Assembly (NCBI GenBank): GCA_040954595.2
Contig: CM082585.2
Span: 4,861,358 to 4,925,357, forward strand
Origin: Balanoglossus misakiensis
Taxonomy: Eukaryota > Animalia > Hemichordata
Reading direction: 5' to 3'
DNA length: 64,000 nt
The notes under the pieces are model-generated. The model was not told where the DNA came from and did not search any database. It saw nothing but the letters and a program-made list of their open reading frames with translations. The translations under genes were made by a program, and so were the position numbers. The stretch's first letter is position 1. Every line of letters starts with the position of its first letter. Shown here one piece after another: positions 40,901 through 54,639 of the stretch.

Positions 40901-43900
40901 ATGGAGGTGTTATCGTGATCCTATTTTCAGCCTTGAACTCTCCGTTAAAGTGCAAAGTATTCAGCTATGCAAACTCTTCAATCATCCAATCATTTATTGA
41001 TGTCCCATTGGTGATAGTTAAAGACGGCCCACTCCAATCCATTTGGCAATTTTCAACACTTCATCACCCATTATGAATTCCTAGGGGTTTCGTAACGAGA
41101 GTTCCCTCTGATGATGCAATTTCCCCTCCGGCAACCAGACCAACTTCAGAGATGTTGTCATGCCAACCGTGTTCGCTAGGCGTATCCCCCAGTGTCGTCC
41201 ACCTACGGTAAACAATTCTTCAAGTTCCAAGTTGTTGACAGTTGAATTGTCATGTACGTGTAGGTGGTCCGAGCCACAAAGGGGAAGGCCGAAGCAGTCA
41301 GCGACACTTATAGAAAAAAAGACCTTACCCTTAAAAACTTACAATAAAAAGTTTCTCATGGGATTTCTGTAGTATCAATATCCTTAAAGGCACATAAACT
41401 GCAATTTTTGGGAAAATTATCATAATTTTTTGTTTCAAACTGTACTACCATTAGTCCATGCATATGAATGCAGTGAACTATACACAAGCATTATAAACCC
41501 TAAATATGAGTGCATATGCAAGTTTTGACATTAAAAGTCTACTAAATTCTGACGACCGGAAAAGTGTAATTTATCAGGTGATGCCCAAGATGGCCGCCGC
41601 ATAGTATTACTTAATTTTCCATATTTTAGAAAGTTTAAAATATATTGTATAGCAATGAATTTTAAATACAAAAATAGAAACTTGGTGGTCCCATCCAACA
41701 TGTTTTATCAATAAAATGGTCTAAAACCATGGCGATATAATTTTCTAGTGCGATATCAAAATGACGGTTTGTGGTGTACTGTGGCTGTGGATGTACATGT
41801 AATGACCCCTCCCCCAAACATACCTGAGAGACTACAATAAAAGTGTTGGTAATCCGTTTCCTTTGACGTCGTAACTGTATATTTGCTATAGTTTCAACAG
41901 ATCGTGCAATACCATGTTATACGGCAGAGTTCGTCACGGATTGTGGGATTTGAATACTGGCTGGTTTAATTGCCGAGTTAATTAAATATATTGAAAGTGG
42001 AACGTGATAAAAATGTCAATTTTAATTCATGTGTGTATTAATATTTCTTCTGTCATCATCCAAGCATGTTATAGAGCCAATATCTAATTAAAGCGATGTT
42101 GACACACTTATACTCGACCTGAATAATATTGAATTACTCATCTTTTCGCTTAAGTATTCTTCTTTTATTACAAACAATAGTATTGTTTTATTGGTGATAT
42201 TGGTGATATGTACATGGCTAGAATATAAGACTTCAGCAAATATAGATTTTCATTGCATTTATAATATTTTGACATGGCCGATTAAAATATTCAACTCACT
42301 TTAAAAAAAATAGTCAGTTGATCATTTCCAAGTTATTAGGCGATCGCCTGTCCATCATCAGGCCAACAACTGTAGGAGAGCTAGAGGAATACGCCGTAAA
42401 TGAGTTAGAATTATGGGTAATAATTTACTTGGATCTACGAACAGAAGGTTTCCACACAGGTCATAGCTAACTAGCGAAATGACGGTCATATGACTGTCCA
42501 ACATTAAAATTCATTGCACTGTACCTGTTGAAGTGGCGGGAATGCTCCAGTCACGGAGACGTCACGCTGTCCGGTATATAGACTGACTCTATGATGCCTA
42601 CAACCATTTTTGAGAGAGATGGGCACAGTTTGCTTCTTAACGTACGTCAAAATGCTGAGTCATAAAGCAACATAAAACGTCGAGATGATTGATGGAGTAA
42701 TTTACTCGTCTGATGTTTCATCTTATCTTTTCGTTTCAAGTAGCCTGTTGTCTATCAAGCGATCAGTATTGATAACGCGCATAGAGTGCCGTGATGACAC
42801 GGTGCTTCAGTTCTTGACGTTGAGGGCGGGTTACAGTGTCTATGCTGCATTTCTTACTTTACATAAAGTCCTATTGTGAAAGTGACGTAATATTTATTTT
42901 ACGCCTGAAATGTGGTGTCTGTCCATAGGATTAAACGACAATGAAATACAATAAACTTGTGTCTAACATGCAATTATATGTATCTATTTAAACTATGATG
43001 TTGATTACTAACCACTTTGAGAGCTTGGACACTTACAAAGCTTAAACAGCAAAGTGTTTTCTCTTGTCAATTTAGAGATTACACTATGTATACCCGCCGA
43101 TGAGATGTTCGGCAAATCCGCACGGAATGTGATTTTCGGCTGTCTGTTGTCAAAGGTTCATGACCTCGCAAGGGTAAAATCGACAGCACGACAATATACA
43201 GAGCTGACATCAACGCACATCTCCCGCAAGTGACGAGTGTATGTCCAGTGGTTCTCTGCAAGTCAATGCTCGAACAAGATTGCGCCCGTTGAGACCAGAA
43301 GATGCAAAAGTGATAAACTATGCTCACTGTGTACATGTACATTTTGTACTCAAATTCAGAGAAACAGTACCTTAAATCAATAAATGTTTAGTAATTTTGT
43401 CAACATTTTCGTTCTCCATGTCAATTACATTTTCTATTGTCCTGTCTCATAAAATTAACTTTAAAGTTTAATACTTAACGCCTCATTGACTGCACCTGTA
43501 CTTGTCATGTCAGTGTTATTAATATTGATAATTGGGTTTCAATTAAGACTAATGCATTTTCCCATAATATGAGTGTCATTTCACATAAAGAGGTTATGTG
43601 GACAGTTAAGCAGAACAATCGGCACTGTAGCATGTCTTACGGAGGAGAAGAAGTATTGTTGAGGCGTAGAAGAAATGGGGGGGGGGGGTAACGTAATGTT
43701 ACTGCAGAGAGGGTCTACCATAGTATCTAAATGATAATTTGTCTGTTTATTTCCATTGTAGAATTCAGTTTGACTCCAATTTTGACTGGAAAACTGTACA
43801 ACAAGCAACAATGCATCCTGTCCTTGAACCGTTGCCCTGAAGTCTTAAAAATAAATCTTACGATTAATCTCACAAGAATTCCAAATAAAAACTTTGAATG

Positions 43901-44389
43901 AAGAGGTGGTCTATTTTTGGAACCGTTACAATAAGTACATGTTTGGAAACGATTTGTCAGTGTTGAACGATCGACCAACCCGAACCGGTCTTTCTGCTTG
44001 TACACAAGCGTGAAATTGGGCACAATGGGGATGCAGTGAATTGACAGAAATTAATTGCGACTCATAATTTCGCGTGGTGCGCTACGCCTGCAATTTCGAC
44101 CATAAAGGTTGCCCTGGCGACGGGTCGTAAACAGGGTTATTGTCCACAGGGAGTGATTTCACGGTAGAGGAAGCCCAACAAAGTTGTTGGAGGGTGATTC
44201 ATTTTGCCTTGTGTGATAAAAACAGAGCAATTTAGGAGTTTGTTCCGTTGTCACTCGAGTGTGTTGTGTTTACTGTTCATATACTCAGACGGTAGCTGAC
44301 TGAACGATTTAGTAAATGATGACTTTGAGATGGAGTCGACAGGTACATGTAATAGTGAACAAACAATGGAAATCATAGTCGACGTTCAC

Positions 44390-44422
<33 letters not shown>
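44390..44422. repeat. (GTCT)n microsatellite
   Basis: Read directly. Confidence 0.93.
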
Positions 44423-44423
<1 letters not shown>

Positions 44424-45343
44424 GTCTCTCTGTATCTCTCTGTCTGTTTGCCTGTCTATTGTGTCCGAAGAATGGCTGCATTATCAGCACTGCAATCTGG
44501 ATGTACAGTAAAGGCAGACACAGGTGAAAAATAGATGAATAGTTACACACGATCGCTGTTATGTAATTCATTATTGTGCCATTCCCTTTCACTGATTCCG
44601 TTCATTCAAGTTGGGATAGCTTATTTACTACAATTGTTGTGTAACAATTATTCTAAAACTGGTTACGTGATAGCACGTGTATTGGAGCGTCGTTACGTTG
44701 CTCGCCCAACTCGGCACTCCATTTTACATTCAGCCGGGTCCCGTGCGCGCAGTTGCTTGCCACAGCCGCGCGGTGAATGTGTCCCCATGGGCGCGGGCAG
44801 TCATGCGAATTACAGCGCCGCTGAGTTGGTTTTCCTTTCGGCCATTGTTTCACATTGTTTGGGTACACATACACGCATCATCGATCAAGTCGCGACACAA
44901 ATGAAACGATTTGTAGAGATGGTGGCAGGTCTGAAAGAAAGCCTTGACTTCTCCGACAGCGGTAAAGCTGAAGGCAAGACAAGAATAAATTGTTATGGAC
45001 TATTGTAGTCAAAACTGCGTTGTGAAAGGCAAAGACTTAATATGCGTTGCGTGTACACACACAGACTCTGATGTGACACAGACAACGAAATTCAATGAAT
45101 TTCAACCGGACGTTTTATTGATACAAGCTACTCTACAAATACATGTATCTAATCTTACATTCATTTAGTCTGTACACATTTTTGTCGGTAGCAATTGGAA
45201 TAGATATCAAAGCCAGACTGGATATCTGACGCCCCTAATGTAATTCTAACTTGAAATACTAATTTACAATCTACACAGTAAAATTGCACCACGAGGAAGC
45301 TATTGACTGACACATTTGGCCTATTTTCAGGTCATTTACCGTA

Positions 45344-45566
45344 ATTCATTCATTCATTCATTCATTCATTCATTCATTCATTCATTCATTCATTCATTCA
45401 TTCATTCATTCATTCATTCATTCACTCACTCACTCACTCACTCACTCACTCACTCACTCACTCACTCATTCATTCATTCATTCATTCATTCATTCATTCA
45501 TTCATTCTGTCATTCTGTCATTCATTCTGTCATTCATTCATGCGCTTACAAAACGGAATGACTGTA

Positions 45567-45610
<44 letters not shown>

Positions 45611-45611
45611 T
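45344..45611. repeat. Compound (ATTC)n(ACTC)n(ATTC)n followed by (ATC)n
   Basis: Read directly: 45344-45541 and 45568-45611. Confidence 0.96.
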
Positions 45612-48600
45612 TGCTACAACACTATATGTAGATTTACCACAGCCACTTCACCTCTGACTTCACCGCGACGGCCTCAGTAGTCAAAGGTTTTATGCTTCCG
45701 TCGCGCAGGTTTAACACTACATCAAAGTAGAAAACAAAATTCTACATAAATTATTCACAACTTGTGGAAGTAGCCAATTTTCTCACGTAAACGGCTACCC
45801 AGACCTGAAATAGCTGTCGCCAATATTAATGGACCAATTTCCAAAATGTAAAAACAGTGTCATCTCATAACTTTGTATTTACAACGTGGCATCTGACAAT
45901 AACGCTAAATACATGTATATCAGCCAAATCGCCCAAAATTAAAGATAACGGATATCATAAAACACACTTATACGGACATTATTATAAACACACTCGACTT
46001 ATATTCAAGTTTAACTGTTACTTAAGTAGCGATGGCACGAGTCCTTTAAACTATAAAGCGGCTAAGGCCAACAAAATAAAAAATAGTTATTTATAGTCAT
46101 GGCTCTCTTCCAGAAACGATTCCGCGCTTTTTTCTTACGTTGGTGTCAAGTACATTTTATGCTGCACATACTTTAGCATGACAAACTGAAACAACGTCGT
46201 CGTGGGGAAGGAGGGGGGCTTGTAAAGTTATGTCGGCATAGGACAGAACAACTCATGCTTTGCCCAATCTACAGTTGACAGCGTAATTGATGGGTGATTG
46301 TCATAATGTACTTCAAACACAAATCCAAGGACACGCGTTGTGTCGTTTCTCACGTAGACTCCTGCGGAGAAAGTGTGACAATACTGTGATCGGTATAATT
46401 CACGATATGAAAAATGGTTTTATTAAAACACATTAACGCAGGACAAACTGCCTGTTGATTGAAGGCTCCATTAGCTTGTAACGTTGGGATATGTTTCTAA
46501 TTTTAGTTCTGTTAATCTATACTATAGCAGTTTCTTTTTTGAATCCCTGAACCATGTATGATGGAATACTCAGACGATTACTTATCAATACGCCCTTTGT
46601 GAGTTCAATTATTTGCGTCTTTGCTGAAAAATTTAATTCAAATCCGGACAAGAATTCATTTGTCGACTATAACAACGGTATATAGTCTACATATACATTT
46701 TACTTTCACACGAAGAGTTGGAATTTAGCATACTTTCGGGGGAAAGAACAAGAAACGGTAGTTGAGAAACAGGACAAAAATGCTAAGAAAACAGTTAACG
46801 GTTAGAGACTGTGTCTCGTATGTATGGCGGTTCACTGTCCCCATCGCCAAAAGGGCAAATAATGTCATGTAACTATGTCTTAATGTGTCAAATTATAGTT
46901 ATAGATATCTCCCGGTGTCGGTCACCTATACGGGCAGTATATTTTTTGTACTATCCCAATGAAAGCAGAAACAGGGTAAAGGTGGTAAAATTGCAAAGGT
47001 GAGGATGAGCAGAGATTGTTGAAACGGTGCTCCAAACAGCGTCTATTTTATCGACGCCCGAAGGTAATACTACCATCACCCGTGTCACAACCAAACAATT
47101 CACGTCCCGTTCTGTCATCTGGGTGGTATTGGCACGTACCCAAGGTGGCGCGGCGATCGTAAAATAAAAACGCTATCCCAGGTAAAATTTATTTCTGGGC
47201 TGAAAGCAACATAAAAAAGAATAGATTTAATGACGTTCCAATTTGCTCGGTCGTCTTCATTGTTTGGGAACTCTTTTATCGAGGAGTACCGTTAAAAGGA
47301 GGCGATTCATAGGGGGTCTATATGCTCAAGTTGCGTGACGAAGTCAAACACCCATGAGACAGTTATACTGTACACAGGACTAGTGGATGGCGTTCAAGCG
47401 AGAAAAGTGTTCTGTGGAAGTTTAGTTAGAACGGAATAGGTTTTAACATTGCCCATCAATTACGCATTGTATGAAAATGAATAGTAGCGGCTGTTATAAA
47501 TTACAGTAGCCAGACAGAAAACAACTGTTTTAAATGACCCCGTGTGAGTAAATCCCTCGTGACAAGGTGACTGCGCTGAACACAATACAAGCATATATGG
47601 AGTGTTTTATTGAAATTTTGTTAGTTGATTATCTGCGTTTATTTCTAATGTAAACACTTCTCTACTTAGCTCTCGTCATTAACATTACCCTTTTTATATT
47701 TTTTTGAAGTTGTACGTACATAACCCTTACCTTTTTTTGAATTCTCAGTACCATTTAACAATACGCAAAACCGATATCGTATATGAGTATGGATTGGCCG
47801 AATTAAAACAACCACGTGACGAAAGGCTGGTGGCATTGTAAATAGCCAAGCAACAAAATTTATACGTCTAGCCGATTTTTGCAGCTGCGCTTAATATGAA
47901 GGTTAATTTCTGGAGGAGCGAGTGAATGACCTTCAGTTATACGATTGGCAATCAAGCAGTTTCCGGCACCGATTGCAACTTGGGGAATTGGATCTATATT
48001 TGGGAGACGTCCCGCGTTCTGGAAGCGTTGTGGAAACTACGGACAAAATATGCCCATATATCGAGACGAACACTCGTTGAAAGCACACACTTTGTGTTTG
48101 ACAATCGGCAACTTATGAGGACGTCGTCAAATTTTATTGTAACATCTTGCGCTACCGATACGCTGACCTCTGACCTCGATTGAAACCAGATGTGAACTGA
48201 ATGTGCTCCTGTAGTCGACTGTGTGTGTCATTACATTACAATTTGTAAATTTAAGGCAATGCCTCTATATTCTGCTAGGCCAAGTTTCAACAAATGTTGG
48301 CGCATTAATTAATGGCACAATTAAAAGTCAAGTGAGAATTAAGTATGCAAATACCTTAATTAATGTGACGTGCAATGCACTTCATATTAATTTTCTTAGT
48401 ACGGCAAGATCTCTCTAGGATCAATATCTTTAGTTTTTTTTTAATTTGACTAATTACTAGTTAGTTATCGCTAATTGCAAATGATCATTAAATATGTAAA
48501 TTATTACGTAATTCAACGAAACTGTTAAAGGTTCAAATTAGTATGATCTCATGTACAGGTAACATAATTATCATCCCCCGACAAGTTCCACCTCATTTGG

Positions 48601-50098
48601 CCCAATAACTCTTGATGTACATTATGATCTCTGTATCGATGTATTACATATGCAAAATAGCAGTTGACAAGGAACCGTGAACCAAATATTTCTAAATATG
48701 AGATAAAATTTGAGACAAAATGTTAAAACTATATGTTGGATGTAGTGCCATGCTGATACTGTAAGCGAATATCTGGTCAGGACTTACGATAATCGTATAT
48801 AAGCCTTCTTTAGCCAAACAGGAATCGTAAATTAAAATCCCACTTCCAAATGACCGCTTGATCACCACTATAGCCGTCTGCGCCGACACTGTAATTTTAA
48901 ATTCACCGCTTCCATAGCGAACCATGACATGGAAATAAACAATGTTACTCGACCTTTGAAATGATTTCAAGGTCGCTTTCAGACTTTGAAAATCCCGCCT
49001 TTGAATAGAGCGCTATTCTTTTGACCGTGGATTTTCTGTCAGGATGCATGTTTTATGACACTGACACGTAGAATTGATATCGTCCTTAACACCATCATGT
49101 GTTTTGATAGGAAATATTTAAACGTATATTGTATGCATGCTTTGGTGTCCGCTGGACATTTAACACTCATAATCGCTGTGCTATTGTCAAGCATATATTA
49201 CAAACTGCAGCAGAATGAATAAATAGTAAAGTATTCGGTCCGTGAACACAGGGCAGCACTAGATGTATGGCGGGCATTTTTTTATTTTTGACAACCTAAT
49301 TTCAGTCAACACGTCCAGTTCATTCAACATTATGTTTTATCCTAACTTCAATTCCTGTCACCAATACGTGCACATGTAACATGTACATGTACATTATTAA
49401 AACTGATAACGAGAAAATTTTGGAAAATTTCATAGTCGGTAAGGGAGTATGACGAAAATGGTTGTTAATACACAAAAACATAATGCTGGAATATTATCAT
49501 GAGTTAATATAATAACATGACACTAAAATTATGACAAAATTACGTATTTTTATATTTCCAATAAGACTTTACCTTGTAACCTTCAAGTTCATGAACCGAA
49601 AATGTTCTCCTAAGTATGCTTACATTGACAATCGATCGTTGGATTCATGAACTGATAGTGAAGAGTCCATGTCAATTTGTCATCACTAATGTCCTGTGAA
49701 CGGACATTTATAGTTTGGTAATGGCCATTGCAGTTTATATATAGCTGTGAATTTTTCATGGCATGGGTATTATATGACCCTCTTTTGTCTCAGGAATGTT
49801 TTCGTGGACATGAAACGTTGTCTTTGGCATTTTCAAGTCCTCTAGCTGTAGTCACGGTATTTTCAGGTCCGTGGCATAGCGTCTGATCCAAGCCCAGCAA
49901 ATTTCGTCACCCCTCTAGAGGTTTTAAACGCTAAGCTGGGATACTGTGTGCCGCACATCTCTATAGTATAATGTCACCATCTTACTTAGCCTATATTTCT
50001 CTTTGTGAGATATTATAGCCAGCGTGTCAGTGGTTGATGACAACCAGTCAGATGTAGAGTTTGGCTCGATGTTTGCATTCGCTGCTTCTTCAAGTTTG

Positions 50099-50233
50099 CT
50101 GTTCTGTTCTGTTCTGTTCTGTTATGTTATGGTCGTTCTGTTCTGTTATGTTCTGTTCTGTAATGTAATGTTCTGTTATGGTCGTTCTGTTCTGTTCTGC
50201 TCTGCTCTGTCCTGTTCTGTTCTGTTCTGTTCT
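50099..50233. repeat. Imperfect (TGTTC)n pentanucleotide microsatellite
   Basis: Read directly. Confidence 0.93.
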
Positions 50234-51011
50234 CGGATACCAACACATGCAAAGACCGTGCCCGGAGACCGTGCCAACTCTACACCTGCTTTCAATCAGA
50301 TGCGGCGAAAACCTGACAATGAATCGGTCATGCTGCATTTTAATTCACTCACCCACAGACGACACTGCCGACAATTACTGGAGTAAATATTTTGAAAATT
50401 TACAGCAACAGAAGCTGTGGGAACGTCTGTCATAAATCATCATATGGCATGTGTATGACGGATAGGCCACTGCAGCTGTTTATGTAAACACGATATCTCC
50501 GTTTCTAAATATAGTCTCCATCTTGTTGGTATGCGGTATTTTCGCCGGGGCTTGATGCCCGAAATGTGTCACTTGCATTCAAAAATAACATCGAAAAAAG
50601 GGATAGGCCCACCTAACTTACGACAAGATGCATGTTTGTCAGTCTGCATGTATCACTGTACAGCAGATCACGCACACTTGCTTCAGGTAAATTGTTATAT
50701 TTCACGGATTTGCAATAAAACGGCGTATCTGCACGTTTCAAAGCGAGGAGACGTGTGACAAACAATTGGGTTTGGGATCTAGGGTGAAACCCCCGGGTAC
50801 GACTCGTCCTTGAATTCGCCGATTTCCACGATGTGACAGAGGAGGTCAGTCGTCAGTAAATATTCGGAGAAAGTACGAAATCATGGGCCGTACTGATTCT
50901 TCTGAGTACTGGACTGCTGAACTGCCATTGAGGTTTGGTTGCTTAGGGTGTTAAAATTAAATAAAGTTACGTCAATGTTTGTTGAAAGGTAAAACAAAAC
51001 AATCTGGCTTA

Positions 51012-51176
<165 letters not shown>

Positions 51177-51605
51177 TTATTTAATCATATTTGAGCGTTT
51201 TAGTTTTCGATCAGTCTTTATCAAAGTCACATCCCATAACAATCCTTACAAAAGACCATACAGTCTGTGAACTACGTATACCAGGAAGAGTCCAGCTCCC
51301 GCACGTTTTCATTTAGGCTTACCACCCCCTGCTTGCAAAATGACGTGGTCCAGTATAAATTTCATTGCACAGCTTAGGGAACGGGCGGTAAAGCAAACGA
51401 TACGCGTGTACACAACGGTCTTTTTGGATACGTCCTGTGTCGGTAGAACCAACCGAAGCTAATAGTGTTGCCAGCCAGGCTATGGACACAAAGCGACTAT
51501 TGATTTTGATGGTAAGAGACAACACGCTTTAATAGTTGGATTACAAACCAGAAATCGATACTGGATTCCTAAAACGACCGCTTGTATTTGTAGTTTACCG
51601 CTGGG

Positions 51606-51625
51606 TTCGTTCTTCGTGTTTCAGG
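51606..51625 (+). promoter_or_regulatory. Probable 3' splice acceptor upstream of paralog 2 ATG (implies a non-coding 5' exon)
   Basis: ttcgttcttcgtgtttcag|g is a polypyrimidine tract plus CAG|G ending at 51624, 39 nt before the ATG at 51664. Confidence 0.55.
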
Positions 51626-51663
51626 TGTGTTTCTGATACCGTTTGTAGTATAGTGGACCGGCT

Positions 51664-53010
51664 ATGGATTGGAACGCGAGTTTGCCAGCGTTCAACTGGA
51701 CTGCAACGACCTCTGTTAGTGTCGTGCACGATTTAACACTGAAAGACGAGCGGGGAAACTCTACCTTCATCACAGCCCCGGATATATCCTCACGCACGCA
51801 CGACGCAGTCTTCAATAGGGACATAGCATACTACAACGCATCGTACGGTAACAACACTGGTAATTTGACTTTCGCGTTAAATTGCTCGGGCGTGGATCTG
51901 ACGAACTGCACCGTGCCCTCACCCGCGTCGAACGGAGAGCATGTCTGGAGCCCCGGACTCAACCGCCCGTTGGTTGCATTAATATTTATCGGCTTTATCT
52001 TGTCCATGTTTGTCGTCGTAACGGTGTTAGGTAATATTTTGGTCATATTATCTCCCGTCGTAAACAAGAGATTGCGCACGGTGACAAACTTCTTTCTGGT
52101 GTCGTTGGCGTTCGCTGACGTTCTCATCGGTGTATTGGTCTTGCCCTTCAGTGCCTACAATGAGCTGCACCGCCAGTGGCATATGGGAGCCCCGTTCTGC
52201 AACGTGTACGTGTCGTTCGACGTCCTCTTCTGCACCGCGTCCATTCTCAACCTGTTCGCCATATGCGTGGACCGCTACTTCGCCATAACGCGGCCGATGC
52301 AGTACCCGCTGAAGATGACGATGCGGCGGGCGGCGATCGCCACCGCCGCTCTCTGGGCCGTCTCGCTGCTCATATCGTTTCTGCCGCTGCACCTGGGATG
52401 GAACACCCCCGACGGAGACGTCCAAAACTACAACAACCCCACCTACTGTGGACTTGCTGCCAACACCACTTACGCTTTGGTCGATGGGATATTGCTGTTC
52501 TTCGTACCCTTGACCTTGATGGGGTTGATGTACTTGAAAATTGTCCTGATCGCACAAAAACAGGCCAGGAGTATCAGGAGGACGACGGTATACGACGCGC
52601 ACTACAAGCGATCCATTGATGAACACAAGGCGACCAAAATCATTGCCTTCGTTATGGGCAGTTTTATCGTCTGCTGGGTGCCGTATTTCACCGCCTTTAC
52701 TTTCTGTCCCGCGTTCCATTGCAACCTGAACGACAACGCGTACGCTGTCATCTTATGGATGGGTTACTTCAACAGTACGATGAATCCCTGTCTGTACGCG
52801 TGGCTGAACAGAGAATTCAGAAAAGCTTTTAAAATAATCATCTGCTGTAATCGCCTGACTCGACGGAAATTTCGAAAGCGCATCAATCGGGGAGACAGGA
52901 GCGACCCGACGTCGACGTCGTCAGTGATGATGACGAGCACAACTCGTCACAACGGAACGCATGGAAATGGCTATAAGGAGATAGGTAATGCCAACTGTGC
53001 TAAAGTGTGA
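51664..53010 (+). CDS. Histamine H2 receptor-like class A GPCR (paralog 2), 448 aa, uninterrupted ORF
   Basis: Same motif set: LGN, SLAFAD, LVLPFSA, SFDVLFCTASILNLF, DRY, SFLPLHLGWN, YALVDGILLFFVP, EHKAT, CWVPYFTAF, NPCLY. Long glycosylated N-terminus. Colinear with the 10366-11589 protein across the TM core. Confidence 0.95.
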   Translation: MDWNASLPAFNWTATTSVSVVHDLTLKDERGNSTFITAPDISSRTHDAVFNRDIAYYNASYGNNTGNLTFALNCSGVDLTNCTVPSPASNGEHVWSPGLNRPLVALIFIGFILSMFVVVTVLGNILVILSPVVNKRLRTVTNFFLVSLAFADVLIGVLVLPFSAYNELHRQWHMGAPFCNVYVSFDVLFCTASILNLFAICVDRYFAITRPMQYPLKMTMRRAAIATAALWAVSLLISFLPLHLGWNTPDGDVQNYNNPTYCGLAANTTYALVDGILLFFVPLTLMGLMYLKIVLIAQKQARSIRRTTVYDAHYKRSIDEHKATKIIAFVMGSFIVCWVPYFTAFTFCPAFHCNLNDNAYAVILWMGYFNSTMNPCLYAWLNREFRKAFKIIICCNRLTRRKFRKRINRGDRSDPTSTSSVMMTSTTRHNGTHGNGYKEIGNANCAKV

Positions 53011-53407
53011 TAGTGCGTTGAGTTCAGACATTGTCCTGTTTGTACTTGCGTGTACACTGTTTGTTTTGGTCTGAGAATTGAATTCTCTACCTGGATATTG
53101 ACACAGATATCAAGTTTCGCCCCTGTCCTGTCAGTCGCCTATACCTGTACACAGGTTGTCTACGTGATACAGCGGACGTGTGGTGTCTGGTGTCGAAGCT
53201 AACGTCTTTTTTCCGTCCATGTCGACTCGAGGAGATGTATACAATACAATGCTCAAACTTACAGTAAACTACATACATGTACTTATTTACGGAGAAAACA
53301 CTTGAGAAAAATAGTTACGATATGCCACAGTCACTCTCTACACAGTGATTGAGAATAGGGAGAAATCCTACACTGCACCGAATCATTAACACATTAGGCA
53401 ACATTAA

Positions 53408-53589
53408 AGGTATACGGTCAACCATGCAAATTTAGATATAGTTACCATGGTAAATTGAGATCTAGCCAATCACAGATTTTCAGTGGGTGGCACACGCAAA
53501 AAAGTGCGCCACCATATTTTATTTAGAACACTCAAATACGCCATTTCAGCCATATATGGGCGTATGTAAATTGGGGTGACCGTGTACCT
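53408..53589. mobile_element. TTAA-type MITE family D, copy 1
   Basis: TTAA-aggtatacggtca ... tgaccgtgtacct-TTAA. Interior (agccaatcacagattttcagtgggtggcacac) is the reverse complement of 61160-61335. Confidence 0.88.
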
Positions 53590-53775
53590 TTAAGCAGTAT
53601 GACACAAATTTGAAAGTCAATAATATGTACTGATCCACACTAAAGTCATCGTTAGGAAAGGCCAAGGTTTATGAAATGTGGTTGGACTTTTTCTTGTAGG
53701 AATACTCTTTGGAAGATATTTTTCTGTACTGACGAAGGTCCGTATATACAGACTGACTTGTATGATTCGAGGTTA

Positions 53776-53973
53776 GGGACTGGTCAGTTTCTTCGGCCGG
53801 GGGGGGGGGCGGTGGATTCATGGGGAAGGTCACCCTGTTTTTGAATCAGGTGATGGGGTCACCGGGGGGGGGGGTCACCCACTTTTCCATGTTCGATGGG
53901 GGAGGGGTCAGTCACTTTTTGATATGCAGAAATTCGAATCCACCGCCCCAGGCCAAATAAACTGACCAGTCCC
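53776..53973. mobile_element. PIF/Harbinger (Tourist-like) MITE
   Basis: Perfect 15-bp TIR GGGACTGGTCAGTTT / AAACTGACCAGTCCC with TTA on both sides. Subterminal inverted ggcggtggattc / gaatccaccgcc; internal G-runs and GGTCACC repeats. Confidence 0.9.
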
Positions 53974-54639
53974 TTAGAGCCGAACGGAAATGTTCTTGTT
54001 TGGCGGCAAATGTACCCGGAATGTCAGACCATGTCAGATTCCACTGTTTTATCTCTTGATCCCATCGTAAAATTTAGAATGTAGATTTACAATTTAAATC
54101 AACTATTTATTTCCATATTTGATTGGTGAAAACAAGCAAGAATAAATTGTTCTAGTAATTACCATGTAATGTCCTACACTTCTGAAATACGAACTAACAG
54201 ACAGTGTTTGTCTAGATAATTGCCTGAAATTGTACTTTAAACTGTTAACCTGAATTGATTGTGCCAAATTGCAAAGCGGGCGTTAACTGAAGTCACAAAA
54301 GATTACTCTCACGGAAGGAATTTTACACGAGGCTATGAAAGCCACCGTTTGGAACAAAAGTCAACAATATTACGCTTAAAATAGTAACAGCGGTGCACTG
54401 AGTTCAAAAGTTGTCTGGAATATATGCAAGGCACGCATCGTCTGCGACTCTTCAATATATAGTTCAAGAGATGGGGCCACTCTGTCATCTAGTGCGCATG
54501 TATATGTATAGTGTCAAGAGACGGCCATTCTTTCTTCGATTGCGCATGCCTGTTTCTAGTTTCCATCCTGTCAGCTATTCCATGACGAGTGACGGTGTGC
54601 CAAAATAGGCAAATCGAGTCAGTAAACATAGAGATTAAA

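Noticed and set aside
44535-45008. 157-aa ORF
   Set aside because: No homology signal; its length is explained by local GC richness.
52048-52719. 223-aa antisense ORF and other overlapping ORFs inside paralog 2
   Set aside because: Shadow ORFs produced by GC-rich codon usage of the GPCR; no recognisable domain.
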